Shown in pieces: positions 44,577 to 54,581 of a stretch of DNA of 55,175 nucleotides. The translations under genes and the position numbers were made by a program. Each line of letters opens with the position of its first letter. Position 1 is the first letter of the stretch. The notes beneath the pieces were generated by a model. It had not been told where the DNA came from. It saw only the letters and a program-made list of their open reading frames with translations, and searched no databases. The stretch covers positions 1-55,175 of the forward strand of contig CAINMH010000129.1 in NCBI GenBank assembly GCA_903850745.1, written 5' to 3'. Origin of the DNA: an uncultured bacterium. Lineage in GTDB: Bacteria; Actinomycetota; Actinomycetes; S36-B12.

Positions 44577-46039
44577 GACTCGTCGCCTGTCAACTTGTCA
44601 CGCAGTGCCTGGAGTGCCTCGTCTGAAGCCAAGGTCCCTGACGAATCAGCACCGTCTGAGGAGTAAGACGACAAGCCATCGCCGGTCTCGATTGCGGCTG
44701 CCTGATCAGCGGTGCGGGCGTCATCTGCCTGACGGCGATGTGCGACCCAACGCTCGTGAGCATCCGCGTATTCGCGCTCCCACGCGGACCGCTGGTCCTC
44801 GAAGCCGGGCTTCCATTCGCCGGTCTCGGGATCGAATCCCTCGGGCCCGATGTAGTTGCCGTGATCGTCGAATGCCGGTGCCATGCCGTAGAGATAGGGG
44901 TTGAACTCCTCGTCGCCGGTGGAGGCGCCGGATCCCTCGTTGGCCTGCTTGAGCGAGAGCGAGATCCGACGGCGCTCAAGATCGATGTCGATGACCTTGA
45001 CGAAGATCTCGTTGCCAACCTGAACAACCTGCTCGGGCATCTCCACGTGACGCTCAGCGAGTTCGGAGATGTGCACAAGTCCCTCGATGCCCTCCTCGAC
45101 GCGCACGAAGGCACCGAATGGCACGAGCTTGGTGACTGCGCCTGGGACAACCTGCCCGATCTGGTGGGTGCGTGCGAAGTGCTGCCACGGGTCTTCCTGT
45201 GTCGCCTTGAGAGACAGCGACACTCGCTCGCGGTCCATGTCGACGTCGAGCACCTCGACAGTGACTTCCATACCCACTTCGACAACCTCTGAGGGGTGAT
45301 CGATGTGCTTCCACGAAAGCTCCGACACGTGGACGAGGCCGTCAACACCGCCGAGATCGACGAAGGCGCCGAAGTTGACGATCGAGGACACAACACCGTT
45401 GCGGATCTGGCCCTTAAGCAACTGGTTGAGGAACGTGGTGCGGACTTCGCTCTGGGTCTGCTCAAGCCACGCACGGCGCGAGAGGACAACGTTGTTGCGA
45501 TTCTTGTCCAGTTCGATGATCTTGGCTTCGAGACGCTTGCCGACGTAAGGCTGCAGATCGCGTACGCGACGCATCTCCACGAGTGAGGCAGGAAGGAAGC
45601 CACGAAGACCGATATCAATGATCAGGCCGCCCTTAACAACTTCGATGACGTCACCCTCGACGACGCCGTCCTCTTCCTTGATGCGCTCGATTGTGCCCCA
45701 TGCGCGCTCGTACTGTGCGCGCTTCTTGGACAGGATCAGGCGACCTTCCTTGTCCTCCTTGGTGAGCACAAGAGCTTCAATAATGTCCCCTACGGTGACA
45801 ACCTCATTGGGGTCGATGTCGTGCTTGATCGACAACTCACGGGAGGGAATGACGCCCTCGGTCTTGTAACCGATGTCTAGGAGCACCTCATCCCGGTCAA
45901 CCTTGACCACGATGCCTTCGACAATGTCGCCATCATTGAAGTACTTGATGGTCAAATCAATCGCGGCAAGGAAGTCATCGCTGCTGCCAATGTCGTTAAT
46001 GGCAACCTGGGGCGTAAGGGACTCGGTAATGGACGTCAT
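44573..46039 (-). CDS. rpsA: 30S ribosomal protein S1 (four S1 domains plus actinobacterial C-terminal extension)
   Basis: [20 protein letters not shown]; C-terminal [14 protein letters not shown]. Confidence 0.98.
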   Translation of the reverse strand: MTSITESLTPQVAINDIGSSDDFLAAIDLTIKYFNDGDIVEGIVVKVDRDEVLLDIGYKTEGVIPSRELSIKHDIDPNEVVTVGDIIEALVLTKEDKEGRLILSKKRAQYERAWGTIERIKEEDGVVEGDVIEVVKGGLIIDIGLRGFLPASLVEMRRVRDLQPYVGKRLEAKIIELDKNRNNVVLSRRAWLEQTQSEVRTTFLNQLLKGQIRNGVVSSIVNFGAFVDLGGVDGLVHVSELSWKHIDHPSEVVEVGMEVTVEVLDVDMDRERVSLSLKATQEDPWQHFARTHQIGQVVPGAVTKLVPFGAFVRVEEGIEGLVHISELAERHVEMPEQVVQVGNEIFVKVIDIDLERRRISLSLKQANEGSGASTGDEEFNPYLYGMAPAFDDHGNYIGPEGFDPETGEWKPGFEDQRSAWEREYADAHERWVAHRRQADDARTADQAAAIETGDGLSSYSSDGADSSGTLASDEALQALRDKLTGDES

Positions 46040-46172
46040 GAGAAGGAATGGGCCAATCGTAGGAAAATAGCCCCAGTCCTTTGTTCCAACCCTTGAACTT
46101 AGGCCAAGGTGCGAAACAGCGTGTCTCTACTCGGTCTGAGAGAAACGCAGGCCAAGGGCGCCTTGAAGAATA
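46040..46172 (-). promoter_or_regulatory. rpsA promoter and structured, SD-less 5' leader
   Basis: TATTCT -10 at 46167-46172 (minus strand). Hairpin GCGTTTCTCTC...GAGTAGAGACACGC. Pyrimidine-rich CCCATTCCTTCTC directly before the ATG. Confidence 0.55.
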
Positions 46173-46181
46173 CGCCACCCC

Positions 46182-46211
46182 TAGCCGGGAGGAGAAACTC
46201 GGGTCCGGCTA
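46182..46211. terminator. Hairpin at the 3' end of the DUF3068 gene, possible terminator without a U-tract
   Basis: TAGCCGG...CCGGCTA inverted repeat with inner GAG-AAA-CTC, overlapping the stop codon. Confidence 0.4.
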
Positions 46212-47195
46212 CTCCTTGGCGAGATTGACCGTCGCCGGCGCGCGAGCCGCCTTCCGGCGACCCATAATCGCCAGCAGAACCCCCACGATCAGCAAGATGA
46301 GCCCGACGATCAACCCGGCGATCGGCACCACGGTGTTCAACAACCCCAGCTGCGCGACCTGCGGCCTGACCACGTCTACGGTCGCCTGCACGTCTTCTGG
46401 AGTACTGGTGATCGTTGCCTGGATAAGGGTCACCTGATCGGTCCCGTCCGGCCCACGCAGGGTCTGCAACTGTTCGGCACTGCCGAGGAGGATGGCACCC
46501 GTAATCGGCTCGACCTGAAGCGTGAGGCGGAGGGAGTAGAAGCGCGGAGCTGAGTAGGCGGGGTCCGGGGAGCCGACCAGTGCGCCCGGCACCTGCAATA
46601 CCCCGGTCTGAGTCGGCTCAACGGTGCCCACGAACTTGTAGGTGGCTACTCCGTCGATCGTGTCTGGGCCGGTGTAGGCCATGTTGATCGTCTTTTTGGT
46701 GGACGAGTCGAAATATGGGTAGTCCTGGGCCTGAGTAAACATCGGGAACTTCAACGGAGATATCCCCGAAAAAGTGACCTCATCACCATCTACATTGCCA
46801 CCGCAGCAGTTGACGAGTTCTGATGTCACACGATTGAAGGCGTAGCGCTCTGTTGAGGCGGTCACAATGACGCCCTGGTTGTCTTCGACGCGGGAGAACG
46901 AGTCCCAGATTGCGACGTCACCCGATTTGGCGTCGGGAGTCTGGGAGCCAGCCACATCGCCCTTGGTGTAGCGCGTGACCATGAGCGGAACATCGGTGCG
47001 CTCTTTGAGGGTCGCAGGGTCGAAGAGTTTGACGGCCACCCCAGCCTGATGGGTGATCGAGACTCCGCCGTCGCTTTGTCCAGGCGACAGTGGCGCCTTT
47101 GCGAGAGCCGGGACGGCATAAAACTTCAGCATGCCCGCAAGAACGATCAAGAGAGCGCCCAGCCCGACACAGATAATCGAGAAGACCTTAGCCAT
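46209..47195 (-). CDS. DUF3068 family membrane-anchored protein (Rv0227c/LmcA-like)
   Basis: N-terminal TM/signal, KFP...YPYFD, VEPITG and C-terminal TM; locus context. Start ATG 47195 after GGAGG. Confidence 0.8.
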   Translation of the reverse strand: MAKVFSIICVGLGALLIVLAGMLKFYAVPALAKAPLSPGQSDGGVSITHQAGVAVKLFDPATLKERTDVPLMVTRYTKGDVAGSQTPDAKSGDVAIWDSFSRVEDNQGVIVTASTERYAFNRVTSELVNCCGGNVDGDEVTFSGISPLKFPMFTQAQDYPYFDSSTKKTINMAYTGPDTIDGVATYKFVGTVEPTQTGVLQVPGALVGSPDPAYSAPRFYSLRLTLQVEPITGAILLGSAEQLQTLRGPDGTDQVTLIQATITSTPEDVQATVDVVRPQVAQLGLLNTVVPIAGLIVGLILLIVGVLLAIMGRRKAARAPATVNLAKE

Positions 47196-47305
47196 CTTCG
47201 CACCGCCTCCTAGACGACTTTTCGCCTTGAGCATGGACGCTAGACCATCGGACGTCCATCTGCACGTAGGTTCGCCCTAGCAACTACGAGGCGAAGGGAG
47301 CGTTC

Positions 47306-48481
47306 GTGACAGATCACGGCCGTTTCCCCCTACTCGATGGCTATCGGGCCTTAGCAGTCATTCTGGTGGTGACAACACACGTCGGCTTCTTCAGCGGTGT
47401 CTTACTGATCCCTGTGGCAGGTCCGATCATCGCCCGAATGGATTTCGGCGTGACCCTGTTCTTCCTCCTCTCCGGATTCCTGCTCTACCGGCCGTGGGCA
47501 TTGGCTGCCATGACGGGGGTCCGATTCCCCGGCATTCGCATCTACGCGCTTCGCAGAGGTGGGCGGATTCTGCCTGCCTACTGGGTGATGGCGGCCGTGG
47601 TGCTCATTGCCCTTCCGTTTCTGCTTCCAATCGCTCGAGCGGACTGGACGGACTGGGCCAAGTACCTCGGTCTCGTACACATTTACAGCCCGGATCTGCC
47701 ACTGGCTGGGTTGGGTCAGATCTGGAGTCTTGCCACTGAGCTCGCTTTCTACGCAGCACTCCCCCTCATTGCGTGGGTTGCCGGACGCATCGGGCGTGGT
47801 GATCCTAGGCGCAGCTCGCGAAGGCAATTGACCGTGCTCGCGTGCTGCGCCGGGATTGCCGTGGGCTTCAATCTTCTCACTGCCGCGACCTTTTCCGACG
47901 ATCTCCCAGAGGCCGCGACATGGCTTCCCGCCCACTTGGACTGGTTTGCTGCCGGTATGGCTTTGGCAGTCGTCCACAGCAGGCTGGGGCTGACCACTCC
48001 ACCTCGCTGGATGACCGTGGTGCGACGTCTGGCCCAAGACACACCCACCTGCTTGGTCATCGCGATTGCGTTGTTTGTGCTTTCTTCGACCCCCATTGCC
48101 GGTCCGGCGGCCTACGAGGCATCACATACCCCACAGTCGCTTCTGATTAAGAACGGGCTTTACCTCGCCATTGCAGTGGCGTTGTTGCTCCCCGGATTCC
48201 TCGGCGGTGCACAGGCCTATCAATCACTATGGGGTCGAGCGCTTACGCACCCCGTGGTTGTCTATGTGGGCGCAGTGTCCTACGGCATCTTCCTGTGGCA
48301 TATGGCGGTGCTGACCGTGCTGGCTGACGCATTGGGATGGGGAACGCACTGGGGCACATTTTTTGGGCTGTGGGCTGGCACCGCGATCATCAGCGTGGCC
48401 ATAGCAACGGTGTCATGGTTTTGGCTTGAACGGCCGGTGCAAAAGTTCACTCATCGCTGGCGTCCACACAGCAGCCGATAG
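47306..48481 (+). CDS. Acyltransferase 3 (OafA/TmaT-like)
   Basis: LDGYRA...H, FFLLSGFLL, RILPAY, WSLATELAFY and SYGIFLWH motifs. Confidence 0.92.
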   Translation: MTDHGRFPLLDGYRALAVILVVTTHVGFFSGVLLIPVAGPIIARMDFGVTLFFLLSGFLLYRPWALAAMTGVRFPGIRIYALRRGGRILPAYWVMAAVVLIALPFLLPIARADWTDWAKYLGLVHIYSPDLPLAGLGQIWSLATELAFYAALPLIAWVAGRIGRGDPRRSSRRQLTVLACCAGIAVGFNLLTAATFSDDLPEAATWLPAHLDWFAAGMALAVVHSRLGLTTPPRWMTVVRRLAQDTPTCLVIAIALFVLSSTPIAGPAAYEASHTPQSLLIKNGLYLAIAVALLLPGFLGGAQAYQSLWGRALTHPVVVYVGAVSYGIFLWHMAVLTVLADALGWGTHWGTFFGLWAGTAIISVAIATVSWFWLERPVQKFTHRWRPHSSR

Positions 48482-51400
48482 GGCGCAGATAGCCCCGCAC
48501 GTGGCAAGTGTGCCCCAGCCCTGCCAGGTAGCTGTTCCTGCGATGACGACACCGAGCCCGATCACGGCTGCCTGCACTCGGGCACGCCACGTGGGTGGAC
48601 TCGAAGAAACAAAAACCAAGACGAATAACGCCGCGAGGCACATCCACACTCCCCCCACCAACAGTGCGGTGGTCGACAGCATGACGGGAAGAGCCAACAC
48701 CGGATTCGCTGCGCGGCTCATTTCCGGCGACATGTGCATGCGGGCGGGCAGGGCGGCAAGCACAATCAGCACTAGCACTGCGACGACACCAGCGAAGAGG
48801 CCCCACTCAAACGCCACTTGAGGAGTGAAACTCAGGGTTACTGCGCCGGCTACTCCCGCGGGAAGAAGCCACGCTTGTCGCCAACCGTCAACCTGAACGG
48901 GAGTGAGGACGACATCACCGGCGCGAGCTTCCCAGCCACGATTGAAGTTTTCTGAAGTCTCGAGCATCTGCGGGCCCGACCTCTCCAACACTTCGACAAC
49001 GCGAGAGGTCGAACCCCACTCGAGAATCGTGGGTGAAATTGGGTCTGCGACCAGTGGAGGACCCGAAACAGGAGCGACAGAGATGCGCGTAGGTGTGAAG
49101 ACCTCGGAAGGCACGGCATCAATCGTGTGACTGCCCGCCGACAAGGCGACAGTGGACATCCCGCAGATCAACACAGTGGCTTCTTCATTGGCCACGATTT
49201 CGCCGGCCGTGGCAGACACCGCCGTGGGATAGAGCACTCCATCGATAACGAGGTCGGGGCCAAAACCACAGGAAAACGCGACTTGACTCGCGGAAATGTC
49301 GACATTAGGTGCGTCACCAAGAATCCTCACCTCTGAAATGCCTACGGGAACAGGCATACCAACGCCCGATAGGTCTGTGCTTCTGAGAGCAGTGGAATTC
49401 TCCACGCGGATTTCGATTTCATCTGCGGTTACCGGAACAAAACTGACTGTGCCATCAGCGCCGATGGCCGAGGTAGTAGTACGACCCCCCGCTGTGACGG
49501 TCACGGTCAACGGACGAGACACCACCGCATTCGGGCTGACAGCAATACGGAGGCCTGAGATTCGCCGCGGGCTAGGCAATGTGAGGATCAACGTGGGATG
49601 CGCATCGCTTGCGGACGCAATCCACGCAGTGGCTGCATCACCATCTACCGCTGCCTCGGGGCGGGCCGCTGGATCGATAACCAACACCGAGTCTGACCTA
49701 GCCGAAACGCTGCCTTGAGGGAAAGCATCGTTCAGTTCGGCTCCCCCCAGCCAGCGTCCACTCATCGTGATGCGTGCATCCATTGGCACGCCCACATTGA
49801 ACGTCCGATGAATACCTAGGTCTTCACTCTGCGCGCGTAATGCATCCGCGCACACATAGACACGCGAAACCAGTGTGCAACCTGGCCGCGCACCTCTCGC
49901 GGTGGAGAACACCGCCGGTCCGCCACTCATTTCGCCAGACGTCACCAATGTTCGCTGCACATGTGCGTCGGGAATCGCGATGTCGCTGATTCCGAACTGC
50001 CCGACTACTCCATCTCTCACGCCCGTTAACGTCACGCGAAGACTCCGTGTCACACCCGGCACGGAGAAAGTCTGAGCCTCGTCAGTATTCGAGACATCGA
50101 AGGGGAAAACGCCTGCGTCCGTGGTGAGGGCGATCGACTGCGCAATGGGACCGTCGTCACGTGCCGGCCACGCGATGCGAACCGAACTCAGGTCGACATC
50201 GCCCTCAAAATCAATATGCCACCACTGCCCAATTTGAGCTGGCTCACCAGCCATCCATGACGTCGCGGGATCAGCGTCAACCGCTGCATACGGGGCACGA
50301 TCAGGAAATGCGCCTCCCCAATTCTCCGGCGATGAAGCGCTACTCGACGCTGAAACCTGTCCACCAGAATATGTCGCCCATGTCTGAGCCTGACTGCCTT
50401 TCGCTGGCAGGTAGTCAGTCACGCGTGCGGAGGTCACGTAGGTGTCGCCCGTAGCAAGAGTCTCACTGCGGTTATGGCGGGTTCTTCCGAAAGACACCTC
50501 TTGATTGCGAAAGCCGTCGGTTACGCCATGCACGACAGTGAGATTCGGGGGCAATTGATCACCCAACATCACGATCGGCTGATTGTCGGCAACATTGGCA
50601 TCGATCAAGTCCAATACTGACTCACCTGCGCCAGACACGGAGAGCACGGTGCTGGCGTCGCGCAACGTGACTCGCGGATCTAGATCAGCACCAGCGACAC
50701 TCCAGATCTCGATCGCGCGAGCGGCTTGATCTAGGCCACTAGTGGCGACCCTGCCGTTTGCACGGTAGGGAGTCAGCCTGGGGCCGAAGGAAGCGACCAA
50801 CGTGAAACCGCCAGATGCGACTAGAGAGTTTCGAATGAACACACTGGGCGGCGCGCCACTTCGTTGTGCATCAAGATCATGTCGCACCAACACATGTGTC
50901 ACTCCGGCACGCGACAGCGATGCGGCCAGGCCCGGTGATCCAAGACCGTCCTCCAAACGAGACTGGACCGCGTCGAGCCACCGGATGGTGCCAGCATTAG
51001 CCAATGGCACCGCATCGCGGACCGCCCACGGACTTCTGGAGAGAGCCTGCATCGGCTCGTCTTGTGATCTGCCCCAGATGTAAGTGCCAAATGAAGCTCC
51101 CGGGACCACCAGTGTGCGGCCGTTGGGCTGGGTTGTGTCCAGCCAACTTGCTGCTTCACTCCAATAACTAGGCACCTCAGAATAGGTTCGATCACGTGTG
51201 ATGCCACCCGTCAGAACTGGCCACGCGATTATTCCAATGAGCACTGCACAAGCGGTAACGCATGCTCTGCGGCCAACCCTGATGCGCAATGACGTTGTTG
51301 CGGCAACCGCAAATCCAATTCCGATGGCCAGTGGAAGCCGAAGGACCACATCGAATTTATGGGTGTTGCGAAGCGGCGCCAAAATACCGTCTAGCCACGC

Positions 51401-52441
51401 TTGCACGCTTTGGGCGCCTACACCAGTAAAGAACTCACCTACATGCCCCAATGACACGAGGGCGAACCCGATGACTACACCACCAAGAAGGAAAACCCGC
51501 ACATGTGGTGCTCGCGTGATTCCGAATAGCCCTACACCGGCAAGCAGAGCCGCAGCAAGGATCGATATTCCAGACTGCGCGACCCACCATCCTGCGGGCC
51601 ACGAGGGTCCGCCGCCGTCAGCAACGTAGGCGACCCATTGATCCACTCCAGCAAGAACTCGCGCTGGATCGGTGACCATCGTGGTGACGAATGCAGATTC
51701 AATCCAGTCGAGAAATGGCGGCGAGTAACGACCCAAGATTGTGAGCGGAATCAGCCACCACAGTGAAGCCAGCACCACCGCACCTAGCCACCACGCACTG
51801 AGTACTCGTACCCGCTTATCCCGAAAATGCGTGATGAGCCACCACATCGGCAGGGGAAGAATTGCGACAACGGCTACGGCGTTGATCCCGCCAGCGAACA
51901 GCACAGCAATGCCCGACAGTGCCGCCCACCTTCTCGGTGAACCTTTCGTAGTTGCGTGGATCAACGGAATGAGCACCCATGGTGCGACAGCAAACGGCAG
52001 TACCTCGGCAGAAATCGGGCCAAGTTCTGTCACCATGCGTGGGGCAAGTGCATAGGCAAGACCGGCAAGCACGCGAGCAACGGGTGATTTCACGCCAAGG
52101 AGCCCAGACAGCACATACACGCCGAGGAATGCGGTCACCAGCAGCACGGACCACCACGTGCGTTGTATTGCCCAGTCAGGGATGCCGAGACTGTCACCCA
52201 CAGCAAAGAAGGGGCCCATCGGGAATAGGTACCCGTATGCCTGATTTTGAAGTTGGCCAAAGAATCCCAGCGGTTCCCACATCGACAGCGACCGACCAAG
52301 AAACGCCCACGGGTCCGCGGTGAGATCGATCTTCGTGTCTGCCGCGATGCGACCTGGGTCGGACAAAAACGGGAGGACGGCCAGCACGACGCATACGGCT
52401 GCGACCCGAAAGCGGCGAACTAGTGACTCGTCCGTTGTCAT
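48413..52441 (-). CDS. aftD: AftD-like GT-C glycosyltransferase (DUF3367) with F5/8-type carbohydrate-binding domains
   Basis: 1342 aa; ADTKIDL, GQLQNQAYGYLFPMGPFF, YSPPFLDWIES, HKFD, two A.D.D..T.W discoidin-like motifs, N.GW and DGWRQ. Confidence 0.85.
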   Translation of the reverse strand: MTTDESLVRRFRVAAVCVVLAVLPFLSDPGRIAADTKIDLTADPWAFLGRSLSMWEPLGFFGQLQNQAYGYLFPMGPFFAVGDSLGIPDWAIQRTWWSVLLVTAFLGVYVLSGLLGVKSPVARVLAGLAYALAPRMVTELGPISAEVLPFAVAPWVLIPLIHATTKGSPRRWAALSGIAVLFAGGINAVAVVAILPLPMWWLITHFRDKRVRVLSAWWLGAVVLASLWWLIPLTILGRYSPPFLDWIESAFVTTMVTDPARVLAGVDQWVAYVADGGGPSWPAGWWVAQSGISILAAALLAGVGLFGITRAPHVRVFLLGGVVIGFALVSLGHVGEFFTGVGAQSVQAWLDGILAPLRNTHKFDVVLRLPLAIGIGFAVAATTSLRIRVGRRACVTACAVLIGIIAWPVLTGGITRDRTYSEVPSYWSEAASWLDTTQPNGRTLVVPGASFGTYIWGRSQDEPMQALSRSPWAVRDAVPLANAGTIRWLDAVQSRLEDGLGSPGLAASLSRAGVTHVLVRHDLDAQRSGAPPSVFIRNSLVASGGFTLVASFGPRLTPYRANGRVATSGLDQAARAIEIWSVAGADLDPRVTLRDASTVLSVSGAGESVLDLIDANVADNQPIVMLGDQLPPNLTVVHGVTDGFRNQEVSFGRTRHNRSETLATGDTYVTSARVTDYLPAKGSQAQTWATYSGGQVSASSSASSPENWGGAFPDRAPYAAVDADPATSWMAGEPAQIGQWWHIDFEGDVDLSSVRIAWPARDDGPIAQSIALTTDAGVFPFDVSNTDEAQTFSVPGVTRSLRVTLTGVRDGVVGQFGISDIAIPDAHVQRTLVTSGEMSGGPAVFSTARGARPGCTLVSRVYVCADALRAQSEDLGIHRTFNVGVPMDARITMSGRWLGGAELNDAFPQGSVSARSDSVLVIDPAARPEAAVDGDAATAWIASASDAHPTLILTLPSPRRISGLRIAVSPNAVVSRPLTVTVTAGGRTTTSAIGADGTVSFVPVTADEIEIRVENSTALRSTDLSGVGMPVPVGISEVRILGDAPNVDISASQVAFSCGFGPDLVIDGVLYPTAVSATAGEIVANEEATVLICGMSTVALSAGSHTIDAVPSEVFTPTRISVAPVSGPPLVADPISPTILEWGSTSRVVEVLERSGPQMLETSENFNRGWEARAGDVVLTPVQVDGWRQAWLLPAGVAGAVTLSFTPQVAFEWGLFAGVVAVLVLIVLAALPARMHMSPEMSRAANPVLALPVMLSTTALLVGGVWMCLAALFVLVFVSSSPPTWRARVQAAVIGLGVVIAGTATWQGWGTLATCGAICALSAAVWTPAMSELLHRPFKPKP

Positions 52442-53166
52442 GCATCCGACTTACGAAGTACAAGGACGAGATTCCACGTGAGCACTTCTCGCAGGTAAGG
52501 AACACGCTCCAGAGGCGTTGCCCAAGACGGTAGATAGCGCGGGAACGCTGCGACCAATTCGGCCCCCTCACAACCGCGGGCCCAATTCAATCCCGCTGCA
52601 GCAGTGACGGGGAAAAGTGACTGACCGAAATGATTCTTCGGTGGGTGCCCGTGCTTTCGCAGATACCTTCGCGCCGCTCGATCGCCACCGAGATAGTGGA
52701 ATGGCGATGTCTCGTGTCCGCCCCATGGACCCCACCACAGAGTGTAGGAAACAAAAATGATTCCGCCGGGGCGAGTTACTCGCACCATCTCGTTGGCCAA
52801 TTGCCACGGTTGGGAGACATGCTCCAACACATTGGAGGAATATGCGATGTCCATCGTGGCGTCGCCAAATGGCAGACCAAGCCCGGAGCCCTGCACCGTC
52901 CGCGGGCCAGGCTGACGACCATGCAGTCTCATTTCACCTGCATCCGCGTCTAACGCGAAGTAGGTCGCCCCTGCACCTTCGAACGCGTCGGAGAAATATC
53001 CTGGGCCTCCTCCCACATCGAGCAACCGGGCACCTGCTAGTCGGTGCCATTGGTCTACCTGCCACGCGGAGTCAGCAGCTAAGAGCCGATAGAACCCATC
53101 CGGGTCGCTCTGCTCGCGTAAAAACCCGCGGAACAACCGCCACGAGCGAGACAGGGTGTCCGACAC
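52438..53166 (-). CDS. Class I SAM methyltransferase (Rv0224c/MtrP-like)
   Basis: LDVGGGPG, SSNVLEHV and GPWGGHE motifs; ATGA-coupled to aftD. Confidence 0.9.
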   Translation of the reverse strand: MSDTLSRSWRLFRGFLREQSDPDGFYRLLAADSAWQVDQWHRLAGARLLDVGGGPGYFSDAFEGAGATYFALDADAGEMRLHGRQPGPRTVQGSGLGLPFGDATMDIAYSSNVLEHVSQPWQLANEMVRVTRPGGIIFVSYTLWWGPWGGHETSPFHYLGGDRAARRYLRKHGHPPKNHFGQSLFPVTAAAGLNWARGCEGAELVAAFPRYLPSWATPLERVPYLREVLTWNLVLVLRKSDA

Positions 53167-53225
53167 GCGAGCGACGTTACCTCAGTTGATCCGACCAAGG
53201 CGGACACTCGCGGGTCGCACACTGC

Positions 53226-54383
53226 TTGACTGTGCCCGTGAACCGTCCACGCGAGATCCACCAGGCCCTCGATCCAGGGCTCCTTCGCGTGGCCTTCCTC
53301 AACTGGCGTGACACCAGCAATCCCGAGGGGGGCGGCTCGGAGGTGTTCGTCGAAACCATCGCCGAGGGGCTAGTCGCCCGCGGACATGAGGTGACTCTGG
53401 TGTGCGCGGAGCACACCGATTCACCCTCGCGGGAGATTCGGCGTGGTGTTCGTATCGTGCGCAATGGCGGCAAACTTGACGTATACCCAAGAGCCGCATG
53501 GGCATTGCGTTCTGGGAGCCTTGGGCCCCTAGACGTTGTGGTGGACGTACAAAACGGACTCCCCTTCTGCTCCGCTGTGGCTTCGAAGGTACCCACGGTT
53601 GTCCTCGTTCATCATGTCCATCGCGAGCAGTGGCCGGTGGTCTATGGACCTGCTCGGTCGAGAATCGGCTGGTGGCTTGAGTCAAAGTTTGCGCCCTATA
53701 TCTATCGCCGGAGTTCTTACGTCGCCGTCTCGCACCGCACCCGAGACGAATTGATTGATTTGGGCGTCTCAGCGGGACGGATCAGCGTTGTCCATAACGG
53801 GACCCAGCCTCCCCCTATGACACATCACGTGCAATCGCCTCACCCGCACATCATCGTGCTGGGCCGCTTGGTTCCGCACAAGCGAGTAGAGCATGTGCTG
53901 GAGTCAGCACGAGTACTTCGCGAACAACATCCACATTTGCGCTTATCGATCGTGGGCGACGGTTGGTGGCGGGAAAAGCTGGAAATCGCTGCACAATCTG
54001 CAGGCGTTTCTGACATCACTACTTTCTATGGGCATGTCGATGAATCCACCAAGGACCGACTCCTGCGCGAAGCATGGGTGCTTGGTGTGCCGTCCCTCAA
54101 GGAAGGCTGGGGGCTAGTCATCATGGAAGCAGCTGCCCGGGGTGTGCCAGCAGTGGCGTATGCCGAAGCTGGCGGCGTTGTTGAGTCAATCGCGGACGGC
54201 AGAACCGGAGTGATTGCGCACGATTTCATCGACTTCACCACCGCCCTAGATCGCATCCTGAGAGAGAAGGAATTCAGGCTTTCGCTAGGTGCGGCCGCTG
54301 CGCAACGATCAGCTGAATTCACGTGGGACTCAGCGATAAAGAGTTTTGAACAAGTCTTACTAGACGCAGTGAAGCGCAGCTAG
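53226..54383 (+). CDS. GT4 family glycosyltransferase (Rv0225-like)
   Basis: NWRD..NPEGGGSE, GRLVPHK and EGWGLVIMEA (Ex7E). The true start may be GTG 53232 or 53238. Confidence 0.92.
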   Translation: MTVPVNRPREIHQALDPGLLRVAFLNWRDTSNPEGGGSEVFVETIAEGLVARGHEVTLVCAEHTDSPSREIRRGVRIVRNGGKLDVYPRAAWALRSGSLGPLDVVVDVQNGLPFCSAVASKVPTVVLVHHVHREQWPVVYGPARSRIGWWLESKFAPYIYRRSSYVAVSHRTRDELIDLGVSAGRISVVHNGTQPPPMTHHVQSPHPHIIVLGRLVPHKRVEHVLESARVLREQHPHLRLSIVGDGWWREKLEIAAQSAGVSDITTFYGHVDESTKDRLLREAWVLGVPSLKEGWGLVIMEAAARGVPAVAYAEAGGVVESIADGRTGVIAHDFIDFTTALDRILREKEFRLSLGAAAAQRSAEFTWDSAIKSFEQVLLDAVKRS

Positions 54384-54386
54384 CAC

Positions 54387-54554
54387 TCAGTTGTTCCCGT
54401 AGACAACATAGGGAGCGTCAACATTCGGTGGGATGCTTGTTTGTGACGACACGAGACCAATAACAACCCCAGCACCAATTGCACCACCAACGACGAGCGC
54501 GATGATTGGCCCGATGACATAGGACCTAAGACCTGATGTGTGCGTCGTGCTCAT
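54387..54554 (-). CDS. 55-aa single-TM small protein (DUF2613-like), missed by the ORF track
   Basis: GAGGAGG SD 5 nt before the ATG. MSTTHTSGLRSYVIGPIIALVVGGAIGAGVVIGLVSSQTSIPPNVDAPYVVYGNN*; Gly-rich TM and C-terminal YG. Confidence 0.75.
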   Translation of the reverse strand: MSTTHTSGLRSYVIGPIIALVVGGAIGAGVVIGLVSSQTSIPPNVDAPYVVYGNN

Positions 54555-54581
54555 TGTCGCCTCCTCGCGCTTATGGGGACC

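Noticed and set aside
44590-45618. 342-aa alternative-frame ORF within rpsA, and similar long shadow ORFs (23334-24197, 9826-10623, 5591-6337, 8700-9398)
   Set aside because: Ser/Arg/Thr-rich with no motifs; expected by-product of GC-rich codon bias in conserved genes.
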